From NCBI GenBank assembly GCA_964016885.1, contig OZ024742.1, positions 27,032,001 to 27,096,000 on the forward strand: a DNA stretch of 64,000 bases, given 5' to 3'. Of the stretch, positions 31,281 to 44,806 are shown piece after piece (positions within the stretch are counted from its first letter, which is position 1; each line of letters begins with the position of its first letter). This DNA is from Eledone cirrhosa. Its lineage: Eukaryota. Position numbers and translations under genes: made by a program. The notes beneath the pieces were generated by a model. The model was given only the letters and a program-made list of their open reading frames with translations. It did not search any database and was not told the origin of the DNA.

Positions 31281-31283
<3 letters not shown>

Positions 31284-31662
31284 CGAAGGAAATGTGGTAA
31301 GGAACCAGGTGGACCATAACGCACCAAAGTACTCAATACTTGAGGTAGTAGAGTGGGTAATAGGAACCAGTAAGACCCCGACAGCTGAGCTCAAGCCGTT
31401 TCGACGGCTAATTCTGGACTAAATGAAAATCTATCCTGGTATTTAAATAGCCGATCTTCTCAAGGGGTAATTCCATATATGGTCAAAGTGATTGTCAAAA
31501 ATCAGTAGTAATTCTGTGGTTGCAAATTTTGACAATCACTTTGACCATATATGGAATTACCCCTTGAGAAGATAGGCTATTTAAATACCAGGATAAATTT
31601 TCATTTAGTCCAGAATTAGCCGTCGAAACGGCTTGAGCTCAGCTGTCGGGGTCTTACTGGTT

Positions 31663-31667
<5 letters not shown>
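31281..31667. mobile_element. TA-flanked palindromic element with ~140-bp arms
   Basis: 31360-31500 inverted at 31526-31667; multi-copy family in this window. Confidence 0.9.
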
Positions 31668-31724
<57 letters not shown>

Positions 31725-31727
<3 letters not shown>

Positions 31728-32146
31728 ATACTTGGGGAGGGTCATATTTGTGTAATAATATTGCCAGAATTAATAACAGAACACACTCACTGTTTGGTTG
31801 GTTTTCGCTTTTCGCTTCTGTGTCTTTTATATCGGTTAATTTAATTTATTCGGTCCTCAATGTTGCCATTGACTGACCAACGGTCAAAAATACAGATACT
31901 GTATCTGTATCTATATTGTATCTGTATTTTTGACCGTTGGTCAGTCAATGGCAACATTGAGGACCGAATAAATTAAATTAACCGATATAAAAGACACAGA
32001 AGCGAAAACCAGCAAAACAGTGAGTGTGTTCTGTTATTAATTCTGGCAATATTATTACACAAATATGACCCTCCCAAGTATAACTATATTTGTTTCGACA
32101 TACGATTTCATTTCAAAAACCTCGCAAAACTAATTCATCGCCGTTA
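31725..32146. mobile_element. TA-flanked palindromic element with ~175-bp arms
   Basis: 31725-31898 inverted at 31918-32084, plus a unique tail up to (TA)n. Confidence 0.9.
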
Positions 32147-32199
32147 TATATATATATATATACAGATTATGAGAAATATTCTCATAATCAAAATACATT

Positions 32200-32258
32200 T
32201 TTTATTATGCATATTTCAAAGGTACAATGGTGTTTAAGTACGTTTTCATCAGATAAAA
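32200..32258 (-). ncRNA. Minimal type-I hammerhead ribozyme
   Basis: Minus strand: ttttat-CTGATGA-aaacgtac...gtaccttt-GAAAT-atgc-ATA-ataaaa. Confidence 0.8.
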
Positions 32259-32569
32259 TATAAGATTTTATATGCGACATACCGCTACGGTTTTGATTAT
32301 TCAATTCTAATAGTCGAGTGATACTAATCTATTGTAAAATTGTATTCGTTGAATAATCAACGAACCATATTAATGTTTGGTTATATATATATATATTTTT
32401 ATATAGTTCAAAATGACAAACAAACAAACGCAGAAGTCAATAGTAGATAGTGTTATTAGCTTCATACATATATATATACACACACACACCAGGGTCAGCT
32501 CTAAAGTTAATAGGTTGACCAACATTTCACAACTCTGTCATAGCTTATTTACTCTTCAGCCTAACTTCA

Positions 32570-32663
<94 letters not shown>

Positions 32664-33872
32664 TCACTCACTCTCTCTCCCTCTTTCAATATATATATAT
32701 ATATTATACGTAGATGCATGTCACCCCTATCACTGTGTTCAGAGACATGTGTGTCCAATCTCTGATCATATCAAAAACAATGAAACTCCCTAGATTAATC
32801 AATTGTCCTGGCTGTTGAGATCATTGGTGTAAAGACACTATCTCTGTTTCACGAGCGAGACTAAACATATGTTTTTATAAGCACAGACTGAGGAAGATGC
32901 TAAGTATGTAGATACATACTAACATATGTAAAGGATAAATTAGTTATTGGGTGGTCAAGTATGAAATTCGTAGAAATTTGTAGCAAAAAAAAATGGATAC
33001 AAATGTCATACTTGATGAGCTAATATAATATATCGTCATCGTAGGCCCCCTTCGGTCAAGAATGACCATATTTTTGCAAATACAAATGTTACCTGCGAGG
33101 TACAAGCCTAGGCAAGTAGGCAAGGGGTGTTTGTGGAAGACCAGCAGTCACCCATGCCTACAGGCCTCCCTTCTCCACGCCACCGATGTTGTCAAAGGGA
33201 GAAGCAATGCCCCATACAGCTTGACATCAGTGATATTGCAACTCATTTCTATAGCTAAGGAAACTGGAGCAACGTATAATAAAGTGTTTTCTTAAAGAAC
33301 ACACAAAGTATCTTACTTTTGTGAGCTCAACACACTAAGGTACGGGTCTTCACATCTCTAGGATGCAGACAGACACAGATATGTATATATATATATATAT
33401 ATATAGTTTAACAAATAGTTTATCGCTCTACATGGTTGAATACAATAAATGTAATCTGAGTGTTTTCAATATTATTAATAATATTCGATTCGTTTGTAGT
33501 TATGAAAACAGCCTTTTTAAAGCTATGTCAGTAGAATGACCCCGAAATTCTTGCTCTTGTGTTGGCATGTAAACAGAACTACACACACTAATATTTCTGG
33601 GTGGTTACCATACATCAGTAGAGTATATTGTTTATCTGCCCACTGACAGAGCTAGTGAAAATATATGATATTTTCTAAAATATACAATGACTGAGCAGCC
33701 TGATTTGCATATACTAACTTGTGATGTGACCAATCCTGGTGATTGTCTCTTTCACCATATATGGAATTACCCCTTGATAAGCTCGGCTATTTGAATAGCA
33801 GAATACATTTTCATTCAGTCCAGAATTAGCCGTCGAAACGGCTTGAGCTCAGCCGTCGGGGTCTTACTTGTT

Positions 33873-33921
<49 letters not shown>

Positions 33922-34354
33922 AAATATATAAATTTTAATCACATACTTAAGAAACTAAATAGTAAAGGAGACATTTGTCAGTATAGTCCCAGATACATTG
34001 TGTCCAAAATAGAAGACATGGTTGGAAACTCGTTGACCAACAAATTGCAGGGGTAATGCTGAAAGGAGACTAAACAATAAAATTAACAACGCCCCGGACG
34101 GTTTCAATGCAGACATTTGCTTTTTTTTTTCGCGTTCTATCTATTTACAGTAAACAGGAACCATCTATTTAAGAGTTCAATACATTGGTCACATATAAAT
34201 TGCAGTGCAAATGAGAATACGAATAGCCTTTCTCGTTTCAACATTTCACGAATTTTTATTTTCTACATAAATATATATATATATATATATATAGGAAAGT
34301 ATTGAGTACTTTGGTGCGTTATGGTCCATCTGGTTCCTTACCTCATTTCCTTCG

Positions 34355-34399
<45 letters not shown>

Positions 34400-34404
<5 letters not shown>

Positions 34405-35537
34405 TTAGTATCGTGAGAGAGTAGAGGTTTAAAGGGATAAGCGATACATATAGTTAGTTGCCAAAAGCTGGTGCATTTGTGCTCAATACTTGTGCCTACA
34501 GGGTTAAATATTGGAAGCGTTAATATTTAGTGGGCGAGAATATAAGCAGAGCGGTTACAGATGAAAGAATTACGAAAGAGAATACATACTGTTAGAACAT
34601 GTTTATTCAATAAGCACCTATGTACGTTTCGCCCGAAAAGGGCTTCTCAAGGGCATACAAATCTAGAGAGTGTTCAATACAGAACCCAGTAGGGGTTTTA
34701 AGATGATAATCATATCGAAGTTCATGTTTGATGCAAACAGACATGGCTGTTTGCATCACAGAGCAAGGGGAGTTATTTTATGGGTGCCAATTTACTACTG
34801 CTTAGTCAGACCGGATCTAAGAGGCATAGTTGGTGTACAGATGTTTAGTTATGCACCCCAACCTCCGGCGTGTTATGGTTTGGTGCAGGGGGACCTGGTT
34901 TATGATGTTCAGATATCAACCGGAGTCCAACCATAGAATGACTGCTGTATTCTGTGTCGCCAGTTTATCAAAGATTCTGCTCTGCTGTTGATGAGTTCAC
35001 AGGGTGCTCTTACGATATGGTAAAGCTCCATGAGACAGAGCTGGCACTTCCTCTTGAAGTTGTAAGGTGTTGCTCTGCTGACAATTTCCCAGTGTGGGGA
35101 GAAGTTGATGTTGGTGTCGTTCAATGTTGTGATGTAGTTGGCGAGTGATAGTAATAGTCTTAATTCGGGCACTAGGAGCCACCGCAGCGGTAGCGACCGC
35201 GGCCGACACTGCAACTGTCGTGACCAGGGAAGCTGTCCGCTCAGGGGAAGTTGCCTGACAGACAATGTTATTTATAGGTGCAGTGTAACTAGCCATAATA
35301 GTGCCAAACATTATATAGGGGCCACTCCTGGCTCGTTCAAATCTAGATTTCGAACACATCTCCACTCTTTTAGAAACAGGAAGATAAGGTACTCCACATC
35401 ACGCGCCAACTACATCACAACATTGAACGACACCAACATCAGCTTTTTGTATGCCCTTTTTGGGTGAAACGTACGTAGGTGCTTATTGTATAAACATGTT
35501 CTAACAGTCTGTATTCTCTTTCGTAATTCTTTCATTA
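34400..35537. mobile_element. Penelope-like element with a head-to-head inversion
   Basis: Minus 34909-35143 is the endonuclease C-terminus (CQLCLME..INSRAE); plus 35148-35441 is CNCRDQGSCPLRGSC..YIGAT; pLTR copies at 34561-34660 and 35445-35537; TA flanks. Confidence 0.9.
34614..34654 (-). ncRNA. Hammerhead ribozyme, U3:A8 variant, in a PLE pLTR
   Basis: Minus strand: gccc-TTGAGAA-gccc ttttc gggc-GAAAC-gtac-ATA-ggtgc (GTA in the other copy). Confidence 0.7.
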
Positions 35538-36098
35538 TATATATGTATATAGTATGTGTATACTGGGTGTATAATGTGTATATACAGTGCGTGTATTGGG
35601 TATAAAAAGCGTGAAATATATCTAACTATTGGGAAATTACATTAGTTACACTTTCTAAACATACACCCACAAGTAGTAGCGCGGAGTACACTGAATATAT
35701 GCCAACAAATTATATATTATGTGCAAACATTTTAGCCTTAATAATATAATGATAACGTGTGTATGTATGTGTATGTGTGTTTGTGTGTTTGTGTCAGTGT
35801 GTGTATGTATGTATGTATGTGTGTGTGTGTGCGTGCGTGCGGGTGTGTTGTAGTGTAGTCGTTCGGACTCTGTAGCGGCAGAGATTCATAAAAGATATTA
35901 CACGGGTGAAATATATATATATTCACACATGTATATATAATATGTATAACTATACATACACTTAAACACTTATACGCATGCCTATATATATATATATATA
36001 TATACATATATGCATGCATATACGTGTGATTGTTTTGTGTGTGTGTGTATATATATATACATATATGCATGCATATGTGTGTGATTTTTTTATGTGTG

Positions 36099-36138
<40 letters not shown>

Positions 36139-36352
36139 GTATTTGTTTAGCCTGATCCTCCTTAATTTAACAATATATATCTGAGGTTGTGTTTTTGCGC
36201 GTTGGTGTGTGTGTGTATCTGTGTAAGCAGTGCGCACACACACGCACACATATATTGAGATAGAGAGAGAAAAACTATTATTGTGTTCACGAGTGTGTGT
36301 TAGTATGTCTTTTGTGTGTGAGTGTGTGAGTGTGTGTGTGCTGCTGAATGTT

Positions 36353-36385
<33 letters not shown>

Positions 36386-37417
36386 ACATAGTTATATTTA
36401 GAATTGTTATCATTCAGTATTTATTATCAACGGGAAATGTTTCATTCTCGGCTCGTTTTACCGTTAGGTTACAGAAATAAATATAAGATCAGTTTATCTT
36501 GTATTAATAATTATGATAATTCTGCAAAGTAAATACCTATCTATCTCTCCATTCTTTCCCTTACGCCCTCGTCACCATTTGGATAAAGGGAGTTCTACAA
36601 CAATGGATAGATATATATATTTTCACAGGAGAAAATTTAGAAAAGTATTACCGAAAATGGAATTTTTCCAAGGTGTGCAATCAGCTTCGAAATTTCTTTA
36701 TGATTATTCCGTATATTTGTTCATTGTTTATACACCATAAAATATCTAATTCAGATCAGATCGAAAATTCTATCTGAACGTATTTGCGCAAACGAAAAAA
36801 TAGTGGAATGTAAATAATTTAGATATATTTCGTGTATTTATAGATTATTTATTGATTTTTGGCGATGCATATTTCAACAGTTTGACAAACTCTCCACAGA
36901 ATTGTTTTCTCTGAAATGCATCTATATCGAAAGAAATCCTCTGTTAATACTTTCCCTGTCAAGCAATTTTCTAGCAAAACGGCAATTTTTGGGCGGCAAT
37001 TTGAACTGTTTATTGCAACCAATAAAACCATCCCCAAGGATGATCAATAGGGAATCATCGCTTCAAATTAGCACCGTCGTTATTGTGTCGGATTAAAGGC
37101 TTCATTATTTGTTCCGTATCACTGCGCTTTCAGGTCAATGCCTCCGCTATCACCCATCCCTTGCATCTTTTCTATGTCATTATATGCATATATATATAAA
37201 TGTGGTAGGTACATGTGCTTACGCCGTATTTGACTATATAGAATTACATGGTAACACATTCGTCCGGCAACCCAAAGATGTGCGTTCGTGCCCCATGTAT
37301 GTCAATACTCATCCTCTTTTTCCATTCAGAATGTTTTTTAAAATCCCAACGTGTTTCTACCTAATTTTCATGTTCGCTAGCCGTTTGTAAACAAAGCCTG
37401 CTTTGTGTCTCCCTATA

Positions 37418-37522
<105 letters not shown>

Positions 37523-37535
37523 CCTGGAAAAAAAA

Positions 37536-37571
37536 CCCAGTTGATGGATGTGAATCCGAAATATATAGGGA
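37536..37571 (+). ncRNA. Hammerhead-like motif with a variant core, in a TA-flanked insert
   Basis: cc-CAGTTGA-t-ggat gtga atcc-GAAAT-at-ATA-gggg. Confidence 0.5.
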
Positions 37572-37804
37572 CTATTAAATCTCTCCCAAGGTAACTCTCT
37601 CTTGTGTTGTTGTTTTTATTTTATCCTTTATACTCTTCCCTTAATTCTTCCATACATCTTACACACCTTATACACACCACGCATCTCAACGTACACCCAC
37701 TTACATCTCTCTCTCCACCACCGGATCTCGTTACCCGGAGATTTATCCATTTGCATTGTCGAGGCTTCCAAACGACTTAAAGATATTTACTAAATATATA
37801 TATA

Positions 37805-38009
37805 GGGTGACCATAAAGTCTTTCCTTGATTATAGAATACCATATCTTGAATTCTATTTGTTTATTTGTTTTAATTTATAAATTTCAAGGTTAAAGTCTT
37901 GCTGAGCCTGTTTTATATTTTCTTTTCTAGGGGAAGTAGTTGTAATTTTCAGTAACAAAACCACACATATGAAACAAAAACTCAGTGTGGAAAGACTTTA
38001 TGCTCACTC

Positions 38010-38011
<2 letters not shown>
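37805..38011. mobile_element. Tc1/mariner-type MITE
   Basis: agggtgaccataaagtctttcc ... ggaaagactttatgctcactct TIRs, TA flanks. Confidence 0.7.
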
Positions 38012-38044
<33 letters not shown>

Positions 38045-38046
<2 letters not shown>

Positions 38047-38275
38047 CGTGGGTGTGCTGCAAAGTTCCATCTTTGGATAAAAGACGATACAAGTGGGTCA
38101 CAGTTTATTATGGTTATATTCTACACATTCCCTTCTCAGATTCATACACTTATTGCAGCGTACCTTCAATTTTTCTAAGCCCTGTAAAAAAAAAGGAAAA
38201 CTCAGAAAGTTGGGCCTCCAGCCAGACCACAGGAGCAGCGACCAAGCTAAGAACTATTCAGTACTTCTCGGTACA
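38045..38275. mobile_element. Mariner-type MITE, homologous to 60371-60612
   Basis: Shared ctcagattcaYacac..ttgcag..ttttctaRgcc..aactcagaaRgttgg..gaactattcag. Confidence 0.65.
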
Positions 38276-38542
38276 TCTATATGTACACACATGCATATAT
38301 GATCCGTTTCACAGAGTAGCTGTTACTATTTTTTTCTATTAATAATTTGTGTGCCATCACATTTCATCACATACCTCTTTGAGATTTGTATCATTTTGAT
38401 ATAATATTGTCCTATCTTCACCATCTAAATCTGTCACCTGACGTTTTGCTTTCTTACCAACAAGTGTTTATATAGAGATAATATGCCGCTGAGATTAGCT
38501 TTACCATTCATCCTTAGAATGTCAAAATAAAGCACCAGTATT

Positions 38543-38735
38543 CAGACCTGTCAAATCTCCCCGTCCGATGGGGAGATCTCCCACCCACCTTGGAGTGGAT
38601 GAGAGATGTCTTCTCTTGTGAAAATGGGTATAGCTTTCACTACGTAAAATCTCCCCATTTTGCTTTAATTCTTGTCGTTTTGGGGCACTTTTGTCATGGT
38701 ACTCCCTTTTGGGTTTTTAGAGGTTGGCAGGTCTG
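38543..38735. mobile_element. MITE inserted into an old SINE
   Basis: cagacctgtcaa ... ttggcaggtctg terminal inverted repeats. Confidence 0.6.
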
Positions 38736-38839
38736 AATAATGCACATGGGTAAACTTAGTCGGCCTGCCCCCCCCCCCCCCAAGAATTGTTAGCCTTGTA
38801 CCTGAATCAGAAACCATTATTATTATTATTATTATCATT

Positions 38840-39025
38840 GTGGATTGGCAGTATCGGTAGAGGGCCTGACGCCACGCTTTGACGCATAGAGTTACGGCCC
38901 TTGCTATTCTGAGTTCAAATCCGGCCGAGATTAACTTTGCCTTTCATCCTTACGGGGTCGATAAAATAAAGTACCAGTAATGCACTGGGTAATTGCTGGC
39001 CATGTGCCAAGAGTAGAACCAATGA
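38840..39025 (+). mobile_element. Family-A SINE
   Basis: Full consensus. Confidence 0.9.
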
Positions 39026-39798
39026 TTATTACCAGTTTATAATTATCTTGGCGGTGGGTAAATTCCATTTGATGATTTGTTTCACCGCATCAACCAAATG
39101 TCGTGACTCCTTTTTTGTCTCTCTGAATTTAAGTGACTTTTCTGTTCTTGGTTACATTTGGCTAGTCTGTAATTTCAGGTACCTTCTGAAGTGGGTCTTT
39201 ATTTTTCTCCTCTTTATTGTTCCCTTCTATGTTCCGTAGTGAGAACTCGTCTTGTTTAAATATCTTCATAGACAACATGACTCCGAATGGGTTATCAGTT
39301 CTGGCTATAAGAGATGAATTTGATAACCACTAACATCTGTTTCCTGTTCAGGGTAACAGCGTTCTGTTGCATTTTAATCAACCATATCCATTATTCATCT
39401 GTTATATTTATGATCATTTTTCCCTGTATATCTTCGAATTACATACTGATGTATATATGTATGCGTATATGTCTATATATATAGTATGAAGTGTATGACA
39501 AAGATATATCTGTGTGTGTAGATATTACCTTCTCAGTCAGCCATTTAACTAGATGCAATATTTCTGCTCGATTAGAAGAGACAGAAATTACGCAGCACCA
39601 TCATCATTGTCTCAAAGATATTTCTCTTCTCAAGCGTGGAGAGGTTTTCAACTGTGGAGTAATGAATTTATATATATACATACAAGTATACGTATGATTA
39701 GTGTTGAAATGTTCTGTCGAACAGATATAGTGAATAGGGCGCTCCAAGCGAACTAATATATGATAGTTAATTTCCTCAACATGTAAGCATCGATATAC

Positions 39799-39857
<59 letters not shown>

Positions 39858-39971
39858 TATTTATAAGTATTGAAATTTCCGTTGAAAATTGAAAAAGTCA
39901 TAGGAGTGAAGAGTGCTCTATGTAAGTACCAGAGCTAAATTGAATGTATAATAAACAATACAATATAATTA

Positions 39972-40039
39972 CCTCATTACCAGAGGTTTCCTGAATAAGA
40001 CGAATACGAAAAACGTCCTCATTCGTTCATCGGACTAGG
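39972..40039 (-). ncRNA. Hammerhead-like motif, inverted upstream of the PLE RT
   Basis: Minus strand: cctagt-CCGATGA-ac-gaatgaggacg...cgtcttattc-ag-GAAAC-ctctg-GTA-atgagg. Confidence 0.55.
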
Positions 40040-40139
40040 CAATTTAAAACATAGTGAAATATTTGAAAAATCTCCTCAAGAAAGGCAAGAGTTTAACGGG
40101 CAAAAAATATATAAATAAAAGTAATGCAAGAGATATATA

Positions 40140-41835
40140 TCAAAACACATAAGTAAAAGATATGACCGCTTTTGAACTAGACTTAGTTAATTTAATCAAC
40201 AAATTTCGTAAGTACTCTAACCCTTTTCAATCTAAACTATCTAATGATATTTCAATATTCAAATCCTCTAAAAATAAGTCCATTTTCCCCGACAAAACTA
40301 AAAACTCATACGAAGTTAATAATAATTTACATGACCAACTCTTAATAGATAACATCACCTCTAAATACCAAATAGTAATTTACATGACCAACTCTTAATA
40401 GATAACATCACCTCTAAATATCAAATAAACACGTATAATAATATAAATAAGGAAGCTAAAGAATTAGCTAGTGTTTCAAAAATAGATAATAGAACAGAAA
40501 AACATGCCTATATCACCCTCAAAGATCACAAACCTGATTTTATTAATCGTCCTAGTTGTAGAGTAATCAACCCTGCTAAGACTGATATCGGTCCCGCTAG
40601 CAAAAAAATAATATAAACACACAGATTAGAAGTAAGTCTGAATTACTCCAATGGATAAATAGCTCTTCCGTAGTACATTGGTTTAATAATATTAAAGATA
40701 AAAATAGTTCTAGATTCACCCAATTTGACATTGTAGACTTCTACCCGTCTATTACTCACCCTCTTTTAGCGAAAGCTTTAAATTTCGCTAGAAAGTTTAT
40801 CAATATTTCTGATATTGAAGAGAATGTCATCATGCATGCTAGAAACACTCTTATTTTTACTAATAATGATACTTGGGTAAAAATATCTAACCCAGAGAAC
40901 CCATTCGATGTCTCAATGGGTTCTTTTCACAGTGCTGATGTTTGTGATTTAGTCGGCCTATTCCTACTACACACACTTAAAGAGACATTCCCTAACCATA
41001 ATTTTGGGCTTTACAGCGACGATGGTCTAATACTTTCCCATACCACCATAGGCCATAAATTAGATAGATTAAGAAAAGACTTAATAAAAACCTTCGCTAG
41101 TTTTAATCTTAAAATTACTATTGACACTAACCTTTCCAATGTTAATTTTCTAGATATAAACCTAGATCTGCCTACTGCTTCTTATAAACCGTACCATAAA
41201 CCTAATGAAAATTTAAAATATATAAATAAAGGCTCTTGCCATCCTCCTATATTTTTTAAAAACCTTATCCCTAATATTAGCCGTAGGATCTCCACCCTCT
41301 CTTCCTCAGAAGCTATTTTCAATAAGGCATCCCTCTACTATAATAAAGACCTTCAAAATAGCGGATTTAGCGAACCGATTAAGTACGTACCCAACAATAC
41401 TAACTCCTTTAAACATAATATAAGGAAAAGAAAAATAATCTGGTTCACACCCCCCTACTCTTTAGCAGTTAAAACTAATGTAGGCAAAATATTCCTAGAG
41501 CTCTTAGATAAACATTTCCCTAGAACACATAGATACTATAAGATCTTCAATAGAAACTGTGTCAAAATGAGCTTCTCCTGCGGTCCCCCTATTAAATCAT
41601 ATATCATCAATAAGAAAACACCCAGAGAACATCAAAATTGCTCCTGTAGAGTCAAAAGTGAATGCCCATTGCAAGGTATAAAAGACCATGTGACCTCTGC
41701 GCCGCTGAGGCCCTGGCAATACTCTACGCCACAGACCACATCTTAAACAAAAAATCTGAGGCAATTTCGGCTTGTAAACATAAATTGCACAAAACTTTCC
41801 TGTGCTACAGCCCCACGTTATACCCTAACGGATAG
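40140..41835 (+). pseudogene. Penelope-like reverse transcriptase with partial endonuclease, degenerate
   Basis: AYITLKDHKPDF..CRVINPAK, FTQFDIVDFYPSI, MGSFHSADVCDLVGLFLL, GLYSDDGL, VNFLDINLDL, KYINKGSCHPP, RKRKIIWFTPPYS, CSCRVKSECPL; second frame CDLC..ILNKKSE..CKHK; stops and frameshifts. Confidence 0.93.
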
Positions 41836-41981
41836 TACGATTTATACGTGGATATTTTACGTCTTGATGTGGGAGCTAACGAACGTTTCCACGAACCAAA
41901 GTATCGTCTTCCTGTCGTCCTCCGGTTGCAACGTTTTTTGAAATATCCACTTCTGCGTTTACAGATTGACTTTGTTAGTTT

Positions 41982-42012
41982 CAGAAGATCCCGTTAAGGG
42001 TGAAAGCAGCGA
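41982..42012 (+). ncRNA. Hammerhead-like motif in the 3' pLTR of the RT element
   Basis: CAGAAGA-t-ccc gttaa ggg-t-GAAA, just before the terminal (TA)n. Confidence 0.5.
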
Positions 42013-42110
42013 TTCTTTGCTTAAACTTTAATCTGTTATTTTAATAAATATATATATATATATATGATAAAGAACACAAGAGCGTCTACAACATCAACAG
42101 ATTTTTATTG

Positions 42111-42155
42111 GCTTACACTGTTTCTTCCTTACGTAACCGTAGGATTCGTCAGAGC
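42111..42155 (-). ncRNA. Canonical minimal type-I hammerhead ribozyme in a TA-flanked insert (42066-42320)
   Basis: Minus strand: gct-CTGACGA-a-tcctacg gtta cgtaagga-a-GAAAC-agt-GTA-agc. Confidence 0.85.
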
Positions 42156-42448
42156 TATAAAAGGGGTTTGATTGGTGTTATGGACTCTACCAACCAAACA
42201 TTCAAGAACAAAGAGTAAAGAGAGTAAAGAGCAAAAGTAGGGGACGAGAAGTCTAATTTTGGTGCGGGAGGGTGGGGTGTGGGTCCTTGTTTACTAGCTG
42301 CGGTCATATTCATTCCCGGGATATATATATATATATACATAGGAACGAGTAGGACATATACTCGTTCCTATTACCCACTCTACTACCCTAAGTATTGAGT
42401 ACTTTGGTGCGTTATGGTCCACCTGGTTACCTTACCACATTTCCTTCG

Positions 42449-42508
<60 letters not shown>

Positions 42509-42825
42509 GTATATATATCAACCATATATTCGCGGTTATTGTAAACGTTTTAAGCTCCCACTTGTGTATTTGTGAAGCACGTGTTTACGTTTGGTTACGA
42601 ATAAACTATGTTGCAGAAACATTCAATTTCTCTTTCATAGTATTCTGCAAATTACGCCAATAACTAACGTATATCGGTATTAATCCACCCTTTTAATACT
42701 CAATATCATATACACATACAGGCATTTAGTGCTGAAAGAGGTACCACATGTAGTAACTATACATTGTGTGTGCGAGTATATATATATAGATAGATAGCTA
42801 TGTGCACATATTATGTGGCTATATG

Positions 42826-42864
<39 letters not shown>

Positions 42865-43012
42865 GGAAAGAATGGAACGAAATTTCATTTCTCACTCGTA
42901 GTACGGTTGTCACTTAAATATAAGTATGTATACGTACATACATATATGTATACAGACGTACAGTAGTATGTATATATATATATATACATGCACACATATA
43001 TGTATGTACGTA

Positions 43013-43045
<33 letters not shown>

Positions 43046-43219
43046 TATGTAGATCCCGAGGTAAATAGGTAGTAACCACAGTAAGTAAGGTGCTCAATAC
43101 ACTAGTAGATTGTGAACATCAATATTCAATATAGAAATGGCTTCTAAGTGAAATGAGACCCTTTAATTCCTATGAATGAAACAGTTCTAGTAGTGTAGAA
43201 ACCATTTCTATATATATAT

Positions 43220-43421
43220 AAGAAAATGAGGGTTTTTTTTCAAAAATGAAAAAAAAAACGAGATCTCCTACACGAGTGAAAGTATAAGGAAGAAAGATGA
43301 AATCGAAAATGCAACTGGAGTCTTTTTAAAAATATTTATATGGTTCCTTTACCTGTTTCGCAGTTCTTATGCTTTTCAAAAATAGAATTGACATGGAGGG
43401 TTTGTGGTTTTTCTCGCATCT
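43220..43421 (-). mobile_element. Single-arm copy of the 6663 family, with a U3:A8 HHR (43347-43382)
   Basis: High similarity to 6795-7006; TA flanks. Confidence 0.85.
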
Positions 43422-43610
43422 GTATATATATATATAATATGGAAAAGGAAGAATCAGTGATATACTCAGCGATATACTCTGTTCCGAAGGAGCATAGAGT
43501 GCTCAACCGGCATACCGCCTATGGACGCATCCAAGCAACCTTACTACAAATATATATATTGAACAGGGCTTGATATTTTTCTTTGGAACTTGCAATGTCC
43601 ATGTCTTATA

Positions 43611-43675
43611 TTGATGTCCTGATGATATTTGAATGTTACACGATTGCATTAAATCTGAAACGTATGCAGATGTTA
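43611..43675 (+). ncRNA. Hammerhead ribozyme motif in a TA-flanked insert
   Basis: CTGATGA-tatttgaatg...cattaaatct-GAAAC-GTA. Confidence 0.7.
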
Positions 43676-43714
43676 ATGGAATGATGTACAATATCATCTT
43701 TGGTTTATCACCCG

Positions 43715-43751
<37 letters not shown>

Positions 43752-43860
43752 TATATATTTGTGTGTGTGTATATATATATATGTTTGTGTATATATATAT
43801 ATGTGTGTGTATATATGTATATATATATGTATATATATAATATGTATATATATGTATATA

Positions 43861-43933
<73 letters not shown>

Positions 43934-43940
43934 ATCACAT

Positions 43941-44300
43941 AAGATACGGAGAATCAGTGTTGCGACGAATAAGATTTATTAGACATATAACAATCGTTTC
44001 TCTGGCGACCGGCTCGAGATACGAGCGATGAAACCTGACTCTGAAATCGCAATCTGCTTCGTATAATCGAGACATATCGAGACATATCTGAGGATCTTGC
44101 GATTTCAGAGTCAGGTTTCATCATTGTATCAATTGTGCCTCGAGCCGGTCGCCAGAGAAACGACTGTTATTTGTCTAATAAATCTTATTCGTCGCAGCAC
44201 TGATTCTCCGTTTCTTATTTAATATTATACTCTTGCCTGTAAAAGCATCGAGTGCTCAAACGGCATACAGCTTACGGACGCTTTAAGCATCCCACAGCAA
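43941..44300. mobile_element. TA-flanked palindromic element
   Basis: 43941-44052 inverted at 44096-44216; tail at 44245-44290 resembles 43490-43540. Confidence 0.85.
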
Positions 44301-44332
44301 TATATATATATATTTATATATATATATTTATG

Positions 44333-44373
<41 letters not shown>

Positions 44374-44560
44374 ATGTGTGTGTGCAATAAGAATATTTAT
44401 ATGTTTGATACAACTATAAATATGGAGTGTAGTACTAAGTACAATGCTCCGATGTATCAAACTTCCCTCTGGAAGAAACAAATGTCAGCAAATAAATCTT
44501 CTAAACTAAAATTTGATCGTTATAACACTTTGTATATATATATATATATGTATGTATATA

Positions 44561-44651
<91 letters not shown>

Positions 44652-44754
44652 ATGTGTATGTATGTATGCGTGCATACATATATGCATATATATTTATGAA
44701 GAGAGAGAGAGAGAGAGAGAGAGTGAGTGAGAGAGAGAGAGAGAGTGAGTGAGT

Positions 44755-44806
<52 letters not shown>

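Noticed and set aside
39050-39300. Possible very old LINE 3' remnant (minus strand)
   Set aside because: Similarity too weak to support by eye.
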